Of a stretch of DNA of 64,000 nt, positions 49,794 to 59,847 are shown one piece after another. The first letter of the stretch is position 1. Every line of letters starts with the position of its first letter. A model generated the notes under the pieces. That model saw only the letters and a program-made list of their open reading frames with translations. It made no database searches and was not told the DNA's origin. A program made the position numbers and the translations under genes. This DNA comes from Myxococcota bacterium. Lineage in GTDB: Bacteria; Myxococcota_A; UBA9160; JAFDDA01. The stretch covers positions 3,296,001-3,360,000 of the forward strand of contig OZ245817.1 of NCBI GenBank assembly GCA_965228475.1. The letters are read 5' to 3'.

Positions 49794-51137
49794 ATGCCCG
49801 CCACCGACGCCGCCCTCCCCTTCAGCGAGATCCCCCGCGCCCCGCTCTCGCGGATCCTCCAGACCCTGGTCAAGCCCAAGGCCCAGCGCTACGCGATGCG
49901 CGAAATGACGGCGGACTTCTACCGCGACTTCGGGCCGGTGGTGATCCAGGGCCGCGGCCGCTTCAGCACCGTCAACCTGTTCGGCCCGGACGCGAACCGC
50001 TTCGTCCTGCTCGACCGCGACCGGATCTTCTCCGCCCGCAAGCCGTGGATGCTGATCATGGGCGAGATCTTCCCGAACGGGCTCCTGCTCCGGGACGGCG
50101 TCGAGCACCTCCACCACCGGAAGATCATGCTCGAGGCGTTCAAGCGCCCGATCCTGCGCGACTACGCGGACCGCATGAACCCGGCCATCGAGGCCGGCCT
50201 CGAGAACTGGGGCAAGGAATCGTCCTCGATCAAGGCCTTCGATTCCTTCAAGGCGCTCACCCTCGACATGGCCATGACGATCTTCGTCGGCGTCGATCTC
50301 GGCCCGGATGCGGACAAGACGAACCGCGCCTTCGAAGCCATGGTCGCCGCGTCCATGCCGGGTTTCCGGCACAAGCTCCCCTTCGGCCGGTACTACGAGG
50401 GCCTGCAGGGCCGGAGCTCGATGCTCTCCTTCCTCGAGAGCCTGCTCCCGAAGAAGCGGACCGACCCGGGCGGCGACATCTTCAGCCGACTCGCCCATGC
50501 CCGCACCGAGGAAGGCGACACCTTCGCCGACCAGGACGTCCTCGACCACATGGTCTTCCTGATGATGGCGGCGCACGACACCACGACGAGCACGCTGACC
50601 TCGATGACCTACGAGCTCGCGAAGCATCCCGAGTGGCAGGACCGGCTGCGCGAAGAGAGCCTCGCGTTCGGCGACACGCCGCCCGGCTTCGAAGACCTCG
50701 ACGGGCTCGAAGCCATGACCTGGGCCATGCGGGAGACGCTTCGCCTCTACCCGCCGCTGCCCGTCATTCCGCGCGTCGCGAACGAGGACTTCGAGTGGCA
50801 GGGGTACCGAATTCCGGCGGGCACGATGGTCGTCGTGGCGCCGATCCACACCCACTACATGCCCGAGTGGTGGACCGGCCCGACCCGCTTCGACCCGGAA
50901 CGCTTCGCCCCGGCCCGGGCCGAGGACAAACGCCACAGCCACTCCTGGATTCCCTTCGGCGGCGGCCCCCACATGTGCCTCGGGCGCCGGTTCGGAGAGG
51001 CCCAGGTCCGGCTGATCCTCCACCAGATGCTGCGGCGGTTCCGCTGGAGCGTGCCCGAGGGCTACGAGATGCCGGTCCAGCAGGCGCCGATCTCGAAGCC
51101 GGTCGACGGCCTTCCGATCCAGATCGAGCGGCTCTAG
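49794..51137 (+). CDS. Cytochrome P450
   Basis: AAHDTT (I helix), ETLR, FDPERF, PFGGGPHMCLG heme-ligand motif. Confidence 0.96.
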   Translation: MPATDAALPFSEIPRAPLSRILQTLVKPKAQRYAMREMTADFYRDFGPVVIQGRGRFSTVNLFGPDANRFVLLDRDRIFSARKPWMLIMGEIFPNGLLLRDGVEHLHHRKIMLEAFKRPILRDYADRMNPAIEAGLENWGKESSSIKAFDSFKALTLDMAMTIFVGVDLGPDADKTNRAFEAMVAASMPGFRHKLPFGRYYEGLQGRSSMLSFLESLLPKKRTDPGGDIFSRLAHARTEEGDTFADQDVLDHMVFLMMAAHDTTTSTLTSMTYELAKHPEWQDRLREESLAFGDTPPGFEDLDGLEAMTWAMRETLRLYPPLPVIPRVANEDFEWQGYRIPAGTMVVVAPIHTHYMPEWWTGPTRFDPERFAPARAEDKRHSHSWIPFGGGPHMCLGRRFGEAQVRLILHQMLRRFRWSVPEGYEMPVQQAPISKPVDGLPIQIERL

Positions 51138-51141
51138 CGCC

Positions 51142-51179
51142 GAAACGAGAAACGGCGGCGCCCCGAAGGACGCCGCCGT
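51142..51179 (-). terminator. Intrinsic terminator
   Basis: Stem ACGGCGGCG/CGCCGCCGT (51152..51179) followed on the minus strand by TTCTCGTTTC. Lies between convergent genes. Confidence 0.7.
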
Positions 51180-51216
51180 GTGGCGTGAACTGAAGCCGGC
51201 GAGCCGGCTGGCCCGG

Positions 51217-51792
51217 CTAGCGCCAGGCGTAGTGGTCGTAGCGGTGACCGTGGTCGTAGCCGCGATCGTGCCGCGCCAGGCGAGCGAGCCGGGCATCCAC
51301 GCGCCGGTCGATCTTGGCGATCAGCCGATCCGTGCGGCGCAGGTCCTTGCGGAGCGCCTTGCTGCGCGGCAGGTCGCGAGCGCGCTCGCGCACGGTCTCG
51401 AACCGCTTCACCACCCAGGCCAGGTCCCGCGTGAACCCGCGGTCGAGGCGGCGGTGTCGCGCCTCACGAGCGAGCTCGTCGGCGGAGCGCTCGAGCCGGC
51501 GCAGCGCGCGCAGGGCCCGCGCCTCGTAGCGATCGTCCGGGAGGCCCGTGGCGTACTCGGCTTCGCGAACCATGCGGTCCGTCGTTCGCTCGAGCTGAAA
51601 GACGAGCTCGCGCACGCTGCGCCGGTCGCGATCCTTCCGGTCGTAGCGGTCGTAGCGATCGTCATGGCGGTCGTAGCGGTCCTCACCGTGGCGATGCGAT
51701 CGGCCGTCGCGGTCGTGGCGCGCCTCGGCGGCCGGGGCCACCACGAAGGTGAAGAGTCCCAAAAGCATGGCCAACGTGGTCTTCGTCCTCAT
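51217..51792 (-). CDS. Secreted Arg/Asp-rich hypothetical protein
   Basis: Signal peptide ending AEA, DRY/DRH low-complexity repeats, helical core. GGAG RBS. Confidence 0.75.
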   Translation of the reverse strand: MRTKTTLAMLLGLFTFVVAPAAEARHDRDGRSHRHGEDRYDRHDDRYDRYDRKDRDRRSVRELVFQLERTTDRMVREAEYATGLPDDRYEARALRALRRLERSADELAREARHRRLDRGFTRDLAWVVKRFETVRERARDLPRSKALRKDLRRTDRLIAKIDRRVDARLARLARHDRGYDHGHRYDHYAWR

Positions 51793-51872
51793 TGCGTTCT
51801 CCCGTTCCCGGAATTCCGGGGTTCTGGGAGGTCAGACGAAGCGGGCCGGGAGTTATTCGATCGGCCGGAAAC

Positions 51873-52886
51873 TCACGCCAGGACGGCGCAAATGGCGTCG
51901 GCGAACTCCTGGGTGTTGGCCGATCCGCCGGCATCGCGCGTTCGAACGCGCCCTTGATCGAATATTTCTTGAAGTGCGCCCCGCACGCGCGCTGCCGCGG
52001 CGGCCTCTCCAAGGTGGTCCAGCATCAGCGCACCGGCGAGGATCAGCGCGGTCGGGTTCGCGATGCCCTGCCCCGCGATGTCCGGCGCGGCGCCGTGCAC
52101 GGCCTCGAAGATCGCCACGTCTTCGCCCACGTTGGCCGCGGGAGCGAAGCCGAGGCCCCCGACGAGACCCGCGATCTCGTCGCTCAGGATGTCGCCGAAC
52201 ATGTTCTCCATCACGAGCACGTCGAACTTTCCCGGATCGAGCACGAGCTGCATCGCGGTCGCGTCGATGATGCGGTCCTCGAATTCGATCTCCCCGGCGT
52301 ACGCCTCCGCGATCTCGCGCCCGACGTCGAGCAGCAGGCCCTGGGTGACCTTCAGGATGTTCGCCTTGTGGACCAGCGTGACCTTCCGGCGCCCGTTGCG
52401 CTTCGCGTACTCGAAGGCGTAGCGGACGATGCGCTCGGCCCCGTAGCGCGTCACGACCATCACGGACTCCGCGGCCGCCTTGCGATCGCCGCCGACGCCG
52501 ATGTAGTGCTCGACGCCGACGTAGAGGCCCTCGGTGTTCTCGCGCACGAGGACGAGGTCGACGTCCTCGTAGCGGCCCGGAACGATCGTGCGCGCCGGGC
52601 GGACGTTCGCGTAGAGGTCGAATTCCTGGCGAAGGGCCACGTTCACCGAGCGGAAGCCCGCGCCCGAGGGCGTCGTCAACGGCCCCTTCAGCGCGACGCC
52701 GGTGCGCCGGATCGAGTCGAGCACCGCCGCCGGGAGCGGCTCCCCGACGCTTTCGAGCGCCGTGACGCCCGCGACCTGCTCGTCGATCTCGAACTCGACG
52801 CCGGCGGCTTCGAGCACGCGCAGCGTCGCGCGCGTGACCTCGGGGCCGATGCCGTCGCCGGGGATGCAGGTGATGGGATGAGCCAC
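51873..52886 (-). CDS. Isocitrate/isopropylmalate dehydrogenase family (NAD-dependent IDH-like)
   Basis: IPGDGIGPEV, ALKGPL.TP.G.GFRS.NV.LR, RENTEGLY, VHKANILK, NMFGDILSD, FEAVHG.APDIAG..IANP. Confidence 0.93.
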   Translation of the reverse strand: MAHPITCIPGDGIGPEVTRATLRVLEAAGVEFEIDEQVAGVTALESVGEPLPAAVLDSIRRTGVALKGPLTTPSGAGFRSVNVALRQEFDLYANVRPARTIVPGRYEDVDLVLVRENTEGLYVGVEHYIGVGGDRKAAAESVMVVTRYGAERIVRYAFEYAKRNGRRKVTLVHKANILKVTQGLLLDVGREIAEAYAGEIEFEDRIIDATAMQLVLDPGKFDVLVMENMFGDILSDEIAGLVGGLGFAPAANVGEDVAIFEAVHGAAPDIAGQGIANPTALILAGALMLDHLGEAAAAARVRGALQEIFDQGRVRTRDAGGSANTQEFADAICAVLA

Positions 52887-52899
52887 GCGTTCCCCCGCC

Positions 52900-55833
52900 C
52901 TAGAAGAAGAGGCGAAGCTTGGCGCCGAAGGAGTGGTAGAGCCCGCCGTCGCCCCAGTGCCCGTCGTAGCCGATCGACATGCCCCCGCCCGAGCCGTGGG
53001 GCTGGAAGAGAAGATGGACGCCGACGTCGAGCCCCTGCTCGGTGTCCTGGGCGTCGATGGTGAAGTCGCCGGTGCGCGCGGCGGCGCCGCGGAAGCGCGA
53101 CTCGAGCTCCCGATCCGCCCCGGTCCAGATGCTCCGCCACTTCACGGTCAGCTCCGGCGTCCAGGTGCCGTGAGCGAAGCCCGGCCCCCGGTCCGAGAAC
53201 GGATTCTGGAAGTGGCGATAGAAGAACCGCCCGCCGAAGGAAGTGGCGACCAGCGTGTTCTCGCGCTCGGCGATGCGCAGGTCGAGGGAGCTCGCCCCCG
53301 ACTCGCTGATGTCGTCTTCCTGGATCCACGTCACGTCGAAGGCCGCGACGGGCTCGAGGTGGAAGTTTCCGAACGCCTGAACCCAGGACAGCTCGAACAG
53401 CGCGAGGATCCGGTTGCTGTTGAAGTCGCCCTCGGCGAAGAGGGCGTCGCCGAACTGGCCCTGCGGGTTGATGCCGAAGAAGTCGATCTGGCGGTCGTGC
53501 TTGTGGTCGCCGCGGCCGTAGCCGAAGGCGGCTTTCGCGCGCGCCCCGGCGTAGCGGAACGTCCCGGCCATGCCGATCTCGAAGGTGTCGAGGTCGCCTT
53601 CGCCGCCCTTGTTGACGTGGATGTCGGTCGAGGTGATGCCGCCGAACATCGAGACCAGCCAGTTGCGCGTGACCCGCCAGTCGACGCCGCCCATGATCCC
53701 CTGCTCGCGGAAGCGGGAGACGCGGAAGTCGCTTCCGCTGTCGCGCTTGCCGAAACCGGTGAGGGCGCGCATCCAGGCCGACCAGCCGCGCGGTCCGCAG
53801 GGGACGTCGCCGCGCTGGGCGGGCCGCAGGCCGTAGAGAGAGGGCTTGCACCACGGGCGCTCTTCGATCGCGGTCTCGGCGATCATCCGCCCGATCCGCG
53901 CCGTCTGCCCGGTGTGCGCGTCGTAGGCCTCGGGATGGAAGGCGTCGAGGAGCACCGGGAACTGCGACGCCTCGAAGTCGTCCAGAGCGAGCAGGACCGA
54001 GTTCAGGCTCGCGCTGAACTCCCGGGATGCGAGCACCCGATCGAGGTAGCGCCCGACGGCCCGCTGGTTGTCGGTCTCCCCGACCGAGGCGTAGCTGTTG
54101 CGGCGGATGCGGAGGATCACGTCGTTCGCCGTCTGATCCACGATGAACCGCAGGAGCGCCGTGTCCTGGGGCGTGTTGACGAAGGCGCCGGCCAGGCCCG
54201 CATCGGAGTGGACCACGGTGAAGTCGGCATCGCGCAGCGGGGTGAGCGGGGCGATGCCGAGCGTCCCGTTCAGGTTGGCCGCGCCCGCGAAGCTGAACTG
54301 GCCCGCGGTTCCATTGAGCGGATCGATCAGCGTGGTGAGCCCCGTCCCGGGCGCCATCGTGAAGGCGCCCCCGTTGAGTCGGACGGTGGTGTCCGTCTGG
54401 AGGGTGCCGGCGTTCAGGCTGATCGCGTTGGTGAAGGTCGCCGTGCCGTCCAGGTCCCAGACGCCGGCGCCGGCCGTTCCCGAAGGCGGCATGTCCGGAT
54501 CGGCGTTGATCTCCAGGGTCTCGAAGCCGGTCACCGCGGTCTGGTTGAAGTCAAGCCGGCCGCCGCCGTTGCCCTGGAGCAGGAAGCGGTCGCCCGCGCC
54601 GCCGCCGTCGGCGCCACCCTCGATGTCGCCGTCGATGAGGCTCCCGCTGGTTCGGAGGTCGAAGACGTCGTCCCCGGCTCCCAGGTCCACGTCACCGAAG
54701 AGCGAGCCGCGGTTCTCGATCGTGTCGGCGCCGCCACCGCCGAGGATCGCGGTACCGGGAACCGCGGTGTTCGAAGCGTCGAAGCCGTCGACGCCGAAGA
54801 GATCGCCGCGGTTGATGAGGTTGTTCGTGCCGCCCGCGGTGAAATCGATCGCCGCTCCGGGAGTCCCACCCCCGCCGGTCAGCTGGTCCGTGCGAATCGT
54901 CCCGTCGTTGACGATGGTGGTATTCGGCCCGGCCACGATCGCCCGGGCGCCCTGCCCTGCCGCCGAGATGCTCCCGTTGTTGACGATTTCGGCGGTCGTC
55001 GGGTCCGCGTCCCCGCCCCCGGTCCGGATGGCGATCGCGTTCGGGCTCGCATCCGGGCCGGTCACGCGTACCGAGTTGTCGTTTTGGATGATGTTGTTGG
55101 CGCCGGCGTCGATGCCGATCGTCGTGGCGCCCGCGTTCGCCGCATCGAGGCCGATCGTTCCGGTGTTGAGAACGTCGACGGTCATCGGATCGCCGTCGCC
55201 GGCCCCGACCCGGATGCCGGTCACGCCGTCGGCGCCGCCCCCGGTGGGCGTACGGATGATGCCCGCGTTGGTGACCTGCGCACTCGCGCCGCCCTCGATG
55301 CCGGTGCTGTTGTCCCCGGAGAGTTCGATCACCCCGCCGTTCACGATCGTGTTGGACGCGGTCTCGGCGATGCCCCTCCCGTTGCCCGTGACGTTGATCG
55401 TGCCGTTGTTCTGGACGTCGACGGTGTCGCGGTCCGCATCGCCGGTCCCGACCTGGATGCCGTCCCCGGCGCCGTCGACCGTGATCGTGCCGTTGTTGAC
55501 GATCGTGTTGCCGTCGTTGGCGGCGATGCCGTCCCCACCCGCGCCCGTGGTATCGATCGTCCCGCCGGTGTCGACGGTGATCACGTTGTTGTCCCGGACG
55601 TCGATCCCCACCGGGCTCAGCGTCGCGTCCGAGTTCACCGTGATGGTCTGGCCGTCCTCGACGCCGGTGCCGAAGCCCCCCGTCCCAGGCGGTGCGCAGG
55701 TGATGACGTTCGGGGCCGTGACGGCGCAGTCCGCCCGGGCCTCTCCCGGATCGAGCGCGAAGGCCCCCACGGCGAGGAGGGCCGACACGAGCAGGCGGCG
55801 GGCGAGGGTGTGGGAGGGCGCGGGGGGCGGCAT
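52900..55833 (-). CDS. Autotransporter outer-membrane beta-barrel protein
   Basis: Signal peptide ending ARA, G/N/T-rich beta-helix passenger, T.NQRAV...LD linker, barrel with E.GA..LDL, terminal Phe. AGGAG RBS. Confidence 0.9.
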   Translation of the reverse strand: MPPPAPSHTLARRLLVSALLAVGAFALDPGEARADCAVTAPNVITCAPPGTGGFGTGVEDGQTITVNSDATLSPVGIDVRDNNVITVDTGGTIDTTGAGGDGIAANDGNTIVNNGTITVDGAGDGIQVGTGDADRDTVDVQNNGTINVTGNGRGIAETASNTIVNGGVIELSGDNSTGIEGGASAQVTNAGIIRTPTGGGADGVTGIRVGAGDGDPMTVDVLNTGTIGLDAANAGATTIGIDAGANNIIQNDNSVRVTGPDASPNAIAIRTGGGDADPTTAEIVNNGSISAAGQGARAIVAGPNTTIVNDGTIRTDQLTGGGGTPGAAIDFTAGGTNNLINRGDLFGVDGFDASNTAVPGTAILGGGGADTIENRGSLFGDVDLGAGDDVFDLRTSGSLIDGDIEGGADGGGAGDRFLLQGNGGGRLDFNQTAVTGFETLEINADPDMPPSGTAGAGVWDLDGTATFTNAISLNAGTLQTDTTVRLNGGAFTMAPGTGLTTLIDPLNGTAGQFSFAGAANLNGTLGIAPLTPLRDADFTVVHSDAGLAGAFVNTPQDTALLRFIVDQTANDVILRIRRNSYASVGETDNQRAVGRYLDRVLASREFSASLNSVLLALDDFEASQFPVLLDAFHPEAYDAHTGQTARIGRMIAETAIEERPWCKPSLYGLRPAQRGDVPCGPRGWSAWMRALTGFGKRDSGSDFRVSRFREQGIMGGVDWRVTRNWLVSMFGGITSTDIHVNKGGEGDLDTFEIGMAGTFRYAGARAKAAFGYGRGDHKHDRQIDFFGINPQGQFGDALFAEGDFNSNRILALFELSWVQAFGNFHLEPVAAFDVTWIQEDDISESGASSLDLRIAERENTLVATSFGGRFFYRHFQNPFSDRGPGFAHGTWTPELTVKWRSIWTGADRELESRFRGAAARTGDFTIDAQDTEQGLDVGVHLLFQPHGSGGGMSIGYDGHWGDGGLYHSFGAKLRLFF

Positions 55834-55979
55834 CGGGACTCCTGGGACGGCGAGCGGCCGAGTATGGCGGATCGGGCCCGGCCCGGCTCGATCGATTTCG
55901 GCCCACGCTTCCAACCCTTGGACACCCGAGCTGCCGCCCGGAGTTCCGGCTTCCTGCGCGCCGCGGCGGGGGCGCGGGC

Positions 55980-57539
55980 CTATTCGTCGAGGTAGCCGAG
56001 CGCCTTCAGCCGCTCGCGCATGGCCGGGTCGAGCTCGGTCTTCTCGGCCTCGCCCCGCGGGCCCTGGGCATGGGCCTCGGAGCGCTCTACGAGGCGCTGG
56101 TAGGCGGCCCGGGCCTCCGGGGAGGCACCGCGCTGGAGGAGGTCCGTCTGCTCGCCCGGGTCGCGCTCGAGGTCGTAGAGGGAGCGGCCCGTGCCCCGGC
56201 CCGGCCGGTTCAGCCGGCCGTCGGGCTCCTCGACCAGCTTGAAGCGGGCCTCGCGGTGCGACTGGTTCCGGGGCTTCCCGATCACGCCCTCGGTCACCAC
56301 GGAGCGGTGCGGGTCCGCGAAGGCGCCCGAGAAGAACGAGACGCCCTGGTCCTGCTCCGTGAGGCACGAGACGCCCAGGTAGTCGCAGAGGCTTCGCCGC
56401 AGATCCACCAGCGCGGCCGGGCAGGAGTTCACCGCGGGCGCAATCCCCGGGAGCCGGGCCAGGAGCGGCACACCCGTCTCGCCCGAAAACAGGCCGTGGC
56501 CGTGGCCGAGCCAGCCGTGCTCGTGGAGCGCCTCGCCGTGGTCGGAGGTCACGACGATCGCCGTCTCCTCGGCCCCGGGCTGGCCGGCGAAGCCGTCGAG
56601 GAAGCCGCCGAAGGCCCGGTCGAAGTGGGCGACGCCCTCGTCGTAGACGAGCTCCATCAGCGCGAGGTTGGCCGGGAGGCCCTGCTCGACGAGCGGGCGG
56701 CGGCGTTCGTCGAGGGCGAGCTTCGCGATCTGCTGCTGGGAGGCCGGCGAGACGGGGCGGTCGTCCGCTTCGATGTCGGCCCACCGCGCCTCGAGGGACG
56801 CGCGCGGCACGCCGTGGAAGGGCGAGTGCGCATCCATGTAGTGGAGGTAGAGGAAGTAGGGACGGCTCGCGTCCGGGCGGGAGCGCAGCCAGTCGAGCCC
56901 CGCGCGGGTGACCTTCTCGCCCGGGGTCGTGTTGTCGGCGAAGGCGTCCTCGTAGGTCTGGAAGCCCTGGGCGAAGCCGAGCTCGCGCTTCAGCCACGGG
57001 TTGCTGACGAAGGCGGCGGTCTCGTAGCCGGCCGCGGAGAGCGCTTCGGCCAGGGTCGTGTGGCTCGCCGCCAGCACGTCGGATTCGACGACGCGCTCGC
57101 CGCCCGCGGCCCGGGCGGCCCGGCCGCGCAGCTCCGGGTGCGAAATCACGCCGTGGGCCGAGGGGACGAGGCCCGTGAAGAGGCTCGCGATCGAAGGCTT
57201 CGTCCAGGGCGCCTGGCTCTCGGCCGCGGTGAAGACGATCGCCTCGCGAGCGAAGGCGTCGAGCCGGGGCGTCGTGGCGGGCCCGCCATAGGGCGCGAGG
57301 CGATCGCGCCGCGTCGTATCCGTCAGGATGAGGACGAGGTTGCGGCGCGACTCGCCGGAGGGAGGCGGAAGCGGCTCGCAGCGGGCCGCCGGGAGCGGCG
57401 GCAGCGGCTCGGGCGGCGGCTCGGGGGCGCAGCCCGAAGCGCTCCCGACGAGAGCCGCCAACACGATCGCGAGCGCGAGCCGCGATGCATCGCCGCGCCG
57501 GCCCGTCCCGCCTCTGCTGCTTCGTCGCCCGCTGCCCAC
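55980..57539 (-). CDS. Sulfatase-like hydrolase/transferase, predicted lipoprotein
   Basis: ASGC lipobox, NLVLILTDTTRRD, TP.LD.FA, PWTKPS.ASLFTG, YLHYMDAH.P, TSDHGE, YDL..DPGE. Start estimated. Confidence 0.88.
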   Translation of the reverse strand: MGSGRRSSRGGTGRRGDASRLALAIVLAALVGSASGCAPEPPPEPLPPLPAARCEPLPPPSGESRRNLVLILTDTTRRDRLAPYGGPATTPRLDAFAREAIVFTAAESQAPWTKPSIASLFTGLVPSAHGVISHPELRGRAARAAGGERVVESDVLAASHTTLAEALSAAGYETAAFVSNPWLKRELGFAQGFQTYEDAFADNTTPGEKVTRAGLDWLRSRPDASRPYFLYLHYMDAHSPFHGVPRASLEARWADIEADDRPVSPASQQQIAKLALDERRRPLVEQGLPANLALMELVYDEGVAHFDRAFGGFLDGFAGQPGAEETAIVVTSDHGEALHEHGWLGHGHGLFSGETGVPLLARLPGIAPAVNSCPAALVDLRRSLCDYLGVSCLTEQDQGVSFFSGAFADPHRSVVTEGVIGKPRNQSHREARFKLVEEPDGRLNRPGRGTGRSLYDLERDPGEQTDLLQRGASPEARAAYQRLVERSEAHAQGPRGEAEKTELDPAMRERLKALGYLDE

Positions 57540-57781
57540 GGGCGCGGAGCATGGCAGATCGGGAAGCGCCCGGCTCAAGCTTTCGGACGGCGCACCCGAG
57601 AACCCCCAAGGCGAAGGACCCGGCCGGCCGGCGCGCCGAAGCCTTCCTTGGAAGCGCATGCGCATCGGGGGTTCGGCAACCGGCAGGAGCCGCGCACGTC
57701 GCTGCCCGATGCTGGCGTCGCTGCCCGGCGCCCGTGGGCCGATTGCAACACCACGGACAACGTGGGACACTTCCGGGTTCG

Positions 57782-59818
57782 ATGAAGCCGCGCGTCTACC
57801 TCGCAGATCTCCGCCACAACTACACCGGCGTGCTGTCCAACGACTGCATGCCCCTCGGCGTCGCCTACATGAAGGCGGTGCTCGACCGCGACGTGCCGGA
57901 GGTCGACTCGCGCCTCTTCGCCTATCCGGACCACCTCTGGCAGGTACTCCAGGACGAGCCGCCCGACGTCCTCATGCTCAGCAACTACATGTGGAACGAG
58001 TGGCTGAGCTTCAAGTTCGCGGAGCTCGCCAAGCGCGTGAACCCCGAAACGCTCGTCGTGATGGGCGGCCCGAACATCTCGATCGAGCCCGAGCGGCAGA
58101 TCGCCTACTTCGACGCGCACCCCGAAATCGACGTCTACGCCCTCGGCGAGGGCGACTTCCTCGCGCGCGACCTCGTGAAGATCTACCTCGAGGCGGGGTC
58201 GCTTGCGGCCTTCCGCGAGCGCGAGCTGCCCTCGGCGCTCTACCGCGATGGCGACGGCAACACCGTGCGCCAGGAGAGCTGGGAGCGGCACAAGGAGGTG
58301 GAGGAGATCCCCTCCCCCTGGCTCACCGGCGTCCTCGACGAGTTCTTCGACGGCAAGCTCGCCCCGCTCCTCGAGACCAACCGCGGCTGCCCCTTCACCT
58401 GCACGTTCTGCGTCCAGGGCACGCGCTGGTACACGAAGGTGCACTACTTCGCGAAGGAACGGATCGAGGAAGAGATCCGCTACATCGCCAAGCGCATCCA
58501 CGAGGTCTGCCCGAGCATGGGCTTCCTCCGCGTGGCCGACCCGAACTACGGCATGTTCGAGCGCGACGCGGAGATCTCGGGCTGGATCGGCGAGGCCCAG
58601 GCCCAGTACGGCTGGCCGACCTTCATCGACGCGACCACCGGCAAGAACCGCCCGGACCGCGTGATCAAATCTCTCGAGAAGACCGGCGGCGCCCTGGTGC
58701 TCTACCAGGCCGTCCAGTCCCTCGACGACCGCACGCTGAAGAACATCAAGCGCTCGAACATCAGCAAGGAAGCCTACGACCAGATCATGATCCACGTGCG
58801 CGGGCGCGGCCTGCGCTCGCTCTCGGACCTGATCCTCGGCCTCCCCGGCGAGACCCTCGAGAGCCACCTGAAGGGCATCGAGACGCTGATCGACTCCGGC
58901 ACCCACGAGCTGCATCTCTTCCAGGCGATGATGCTCAAGGGCTCGGAGCTCGAGATGCAGAAGTCGCGCGACGAGAACCGCATGCAGACGCGCTTCCGCG
59001 TCCTGCCGAAGAACTTCGGCATCTACGGCGGCGAGATGGTCTTCGACATGGACGAGATCGTCGTCGGCACCGAGACGCTCGGCTTCGAGGACTACATCAT
59101 CGCGCGCAAGCACGCGCTCGCCTCGACCATCTACCAGAACGATTCCTGGTTCGAGGACGCCGTCGAGCTGGTCGAACGCTTCGAACTGAACCGCTCGGAC
59201 TGGTTCTTCGCCATCGCCAACGCACTCCGTGAGGCCGACGGCGAGGTCGGGGAACTCGTGGCGGCCTTCGAGGCCGAGACGCGCGGCGAGCTCTTCGAGA
59301 CCGTCGAAGACCTGGTCGCCTTCTACAGCCAGCCCGAGAACTTCAAGAAGCTCGAAGCCGGCGAGATCGGCGACAACCTCATGTACAAGTACCGGGCGAA
59401 CGCTTCGTTCTTCGTCTGGCCGGACATCTGCCGCGTCGGCATGGCCGCCACGCGCAAGCTCCTCGAGGACCACGCCTTCGACACGCAGATGCCGGAGTTC
59501 GGCGTCTTCTGGGAAGACCTCACGCGCTTCGTCGAGGCCAAGCACGCCCACGGGACGACGCCGGACACGATCCTCGCACCGGTCGAGCTCGAGCTGCGCC
59601 ACGACCTCCCGGCCTGGGTGGCCGCCGGGCGCCCGACGGACATCGCGCGATTCCGCCTGCCCGAGCCGACGAAGTTCATCGCCGCCCTGCCCGAGGAATC
59701 CGAGCGGGAGATCCGCGGCCTGTTCGACGTCTGGACGACGAGCCTGCAGGGGCTGACCAAGGGCGTCACGCGCATCCGCTCCGACGCCCAGGTGCGCGAG
59801 TGCCGCCAGGCGGCCTAG
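57782..59818 (+). CDS. Cobalamin-dependent radical SAM protein
   Basis: PLGVAY, LSNYMWN, MGGPN, GEGD (B12-binding domain), ETNRGCPFTCTFC, ILGLPGET. Confidence 0.93.
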   Translation: MKPRVYLADLRHNYTGVLSNDCMPLGVAYMKAVLDRDVPEVDSRLFAYPDHLWQVLQDEPPDVLMLSNYMWNEWLSFKFAELAKRVNPETLVVMGGPNISIEPERQIAYFDAHPEIDVYALGEGDFLARDLVKIYLEAGSLAAFRERELPSALYRDGDGNTVRQESWERHKEVEEIPSPWLTGVLDEFFDGKLAPLLETNRGCPFTCTFCVQGTRWYTKVHYFAKERIEEEIRYIAKRIHEVCPSMGFLRVADPNYGMFERDAEISGWIGEAQAQYGWPTFIDATTGKNRPDRVIKSLEKTGGALVLYQAVQSLDDRTLKNIKRSNISKEAYDQIMIHVRGRGLRSLSDLILGLPGETLESHLKGIETLIDSGTHELHLFQAMMLKGSELEMQKSRDENRMQTRFRVLPKNFGIYGGEMVFDMDEIVVGTETLGFEDYIIARKHALASTIYQNDSWFEDAVELVERFELNRSDWFFAIANALREADGEVGELVAAFEAETRGELFETVEDLVAFYSQPENFKKLEAGEIGDNLMYKYRANASFFVWPDICRVGMAATRKLLEDHAFDTQMPEFGVFWEDLTRFVEAKHAHGTTPDTILAPVELELRHDLPAWVAAGRPTDIARFRLPEPTKFIAALPEESEREIRGLFDVWTTSLQGLTKGVTRIRSDAQVRECRQAA

Positions 59819-59847
59819 CGCGGCTCCGGCCGCGCGGCGACGCAGCG

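Noticed and set aside
51600..51720. CRISPR-like or DNA-level tandem repeats (GTCGTAGCG units)
   Set aside because: Short, irregular and without spacers. They encode the DRY repeats of the minus-strand protein.
55834..57609. 1569-aa version of the autotransporter
   Set aside because: The extension overlaps the sulfatase-like gene in another frame. A signal peptide and AGGAG RBS mark ATG 55833 as the start.
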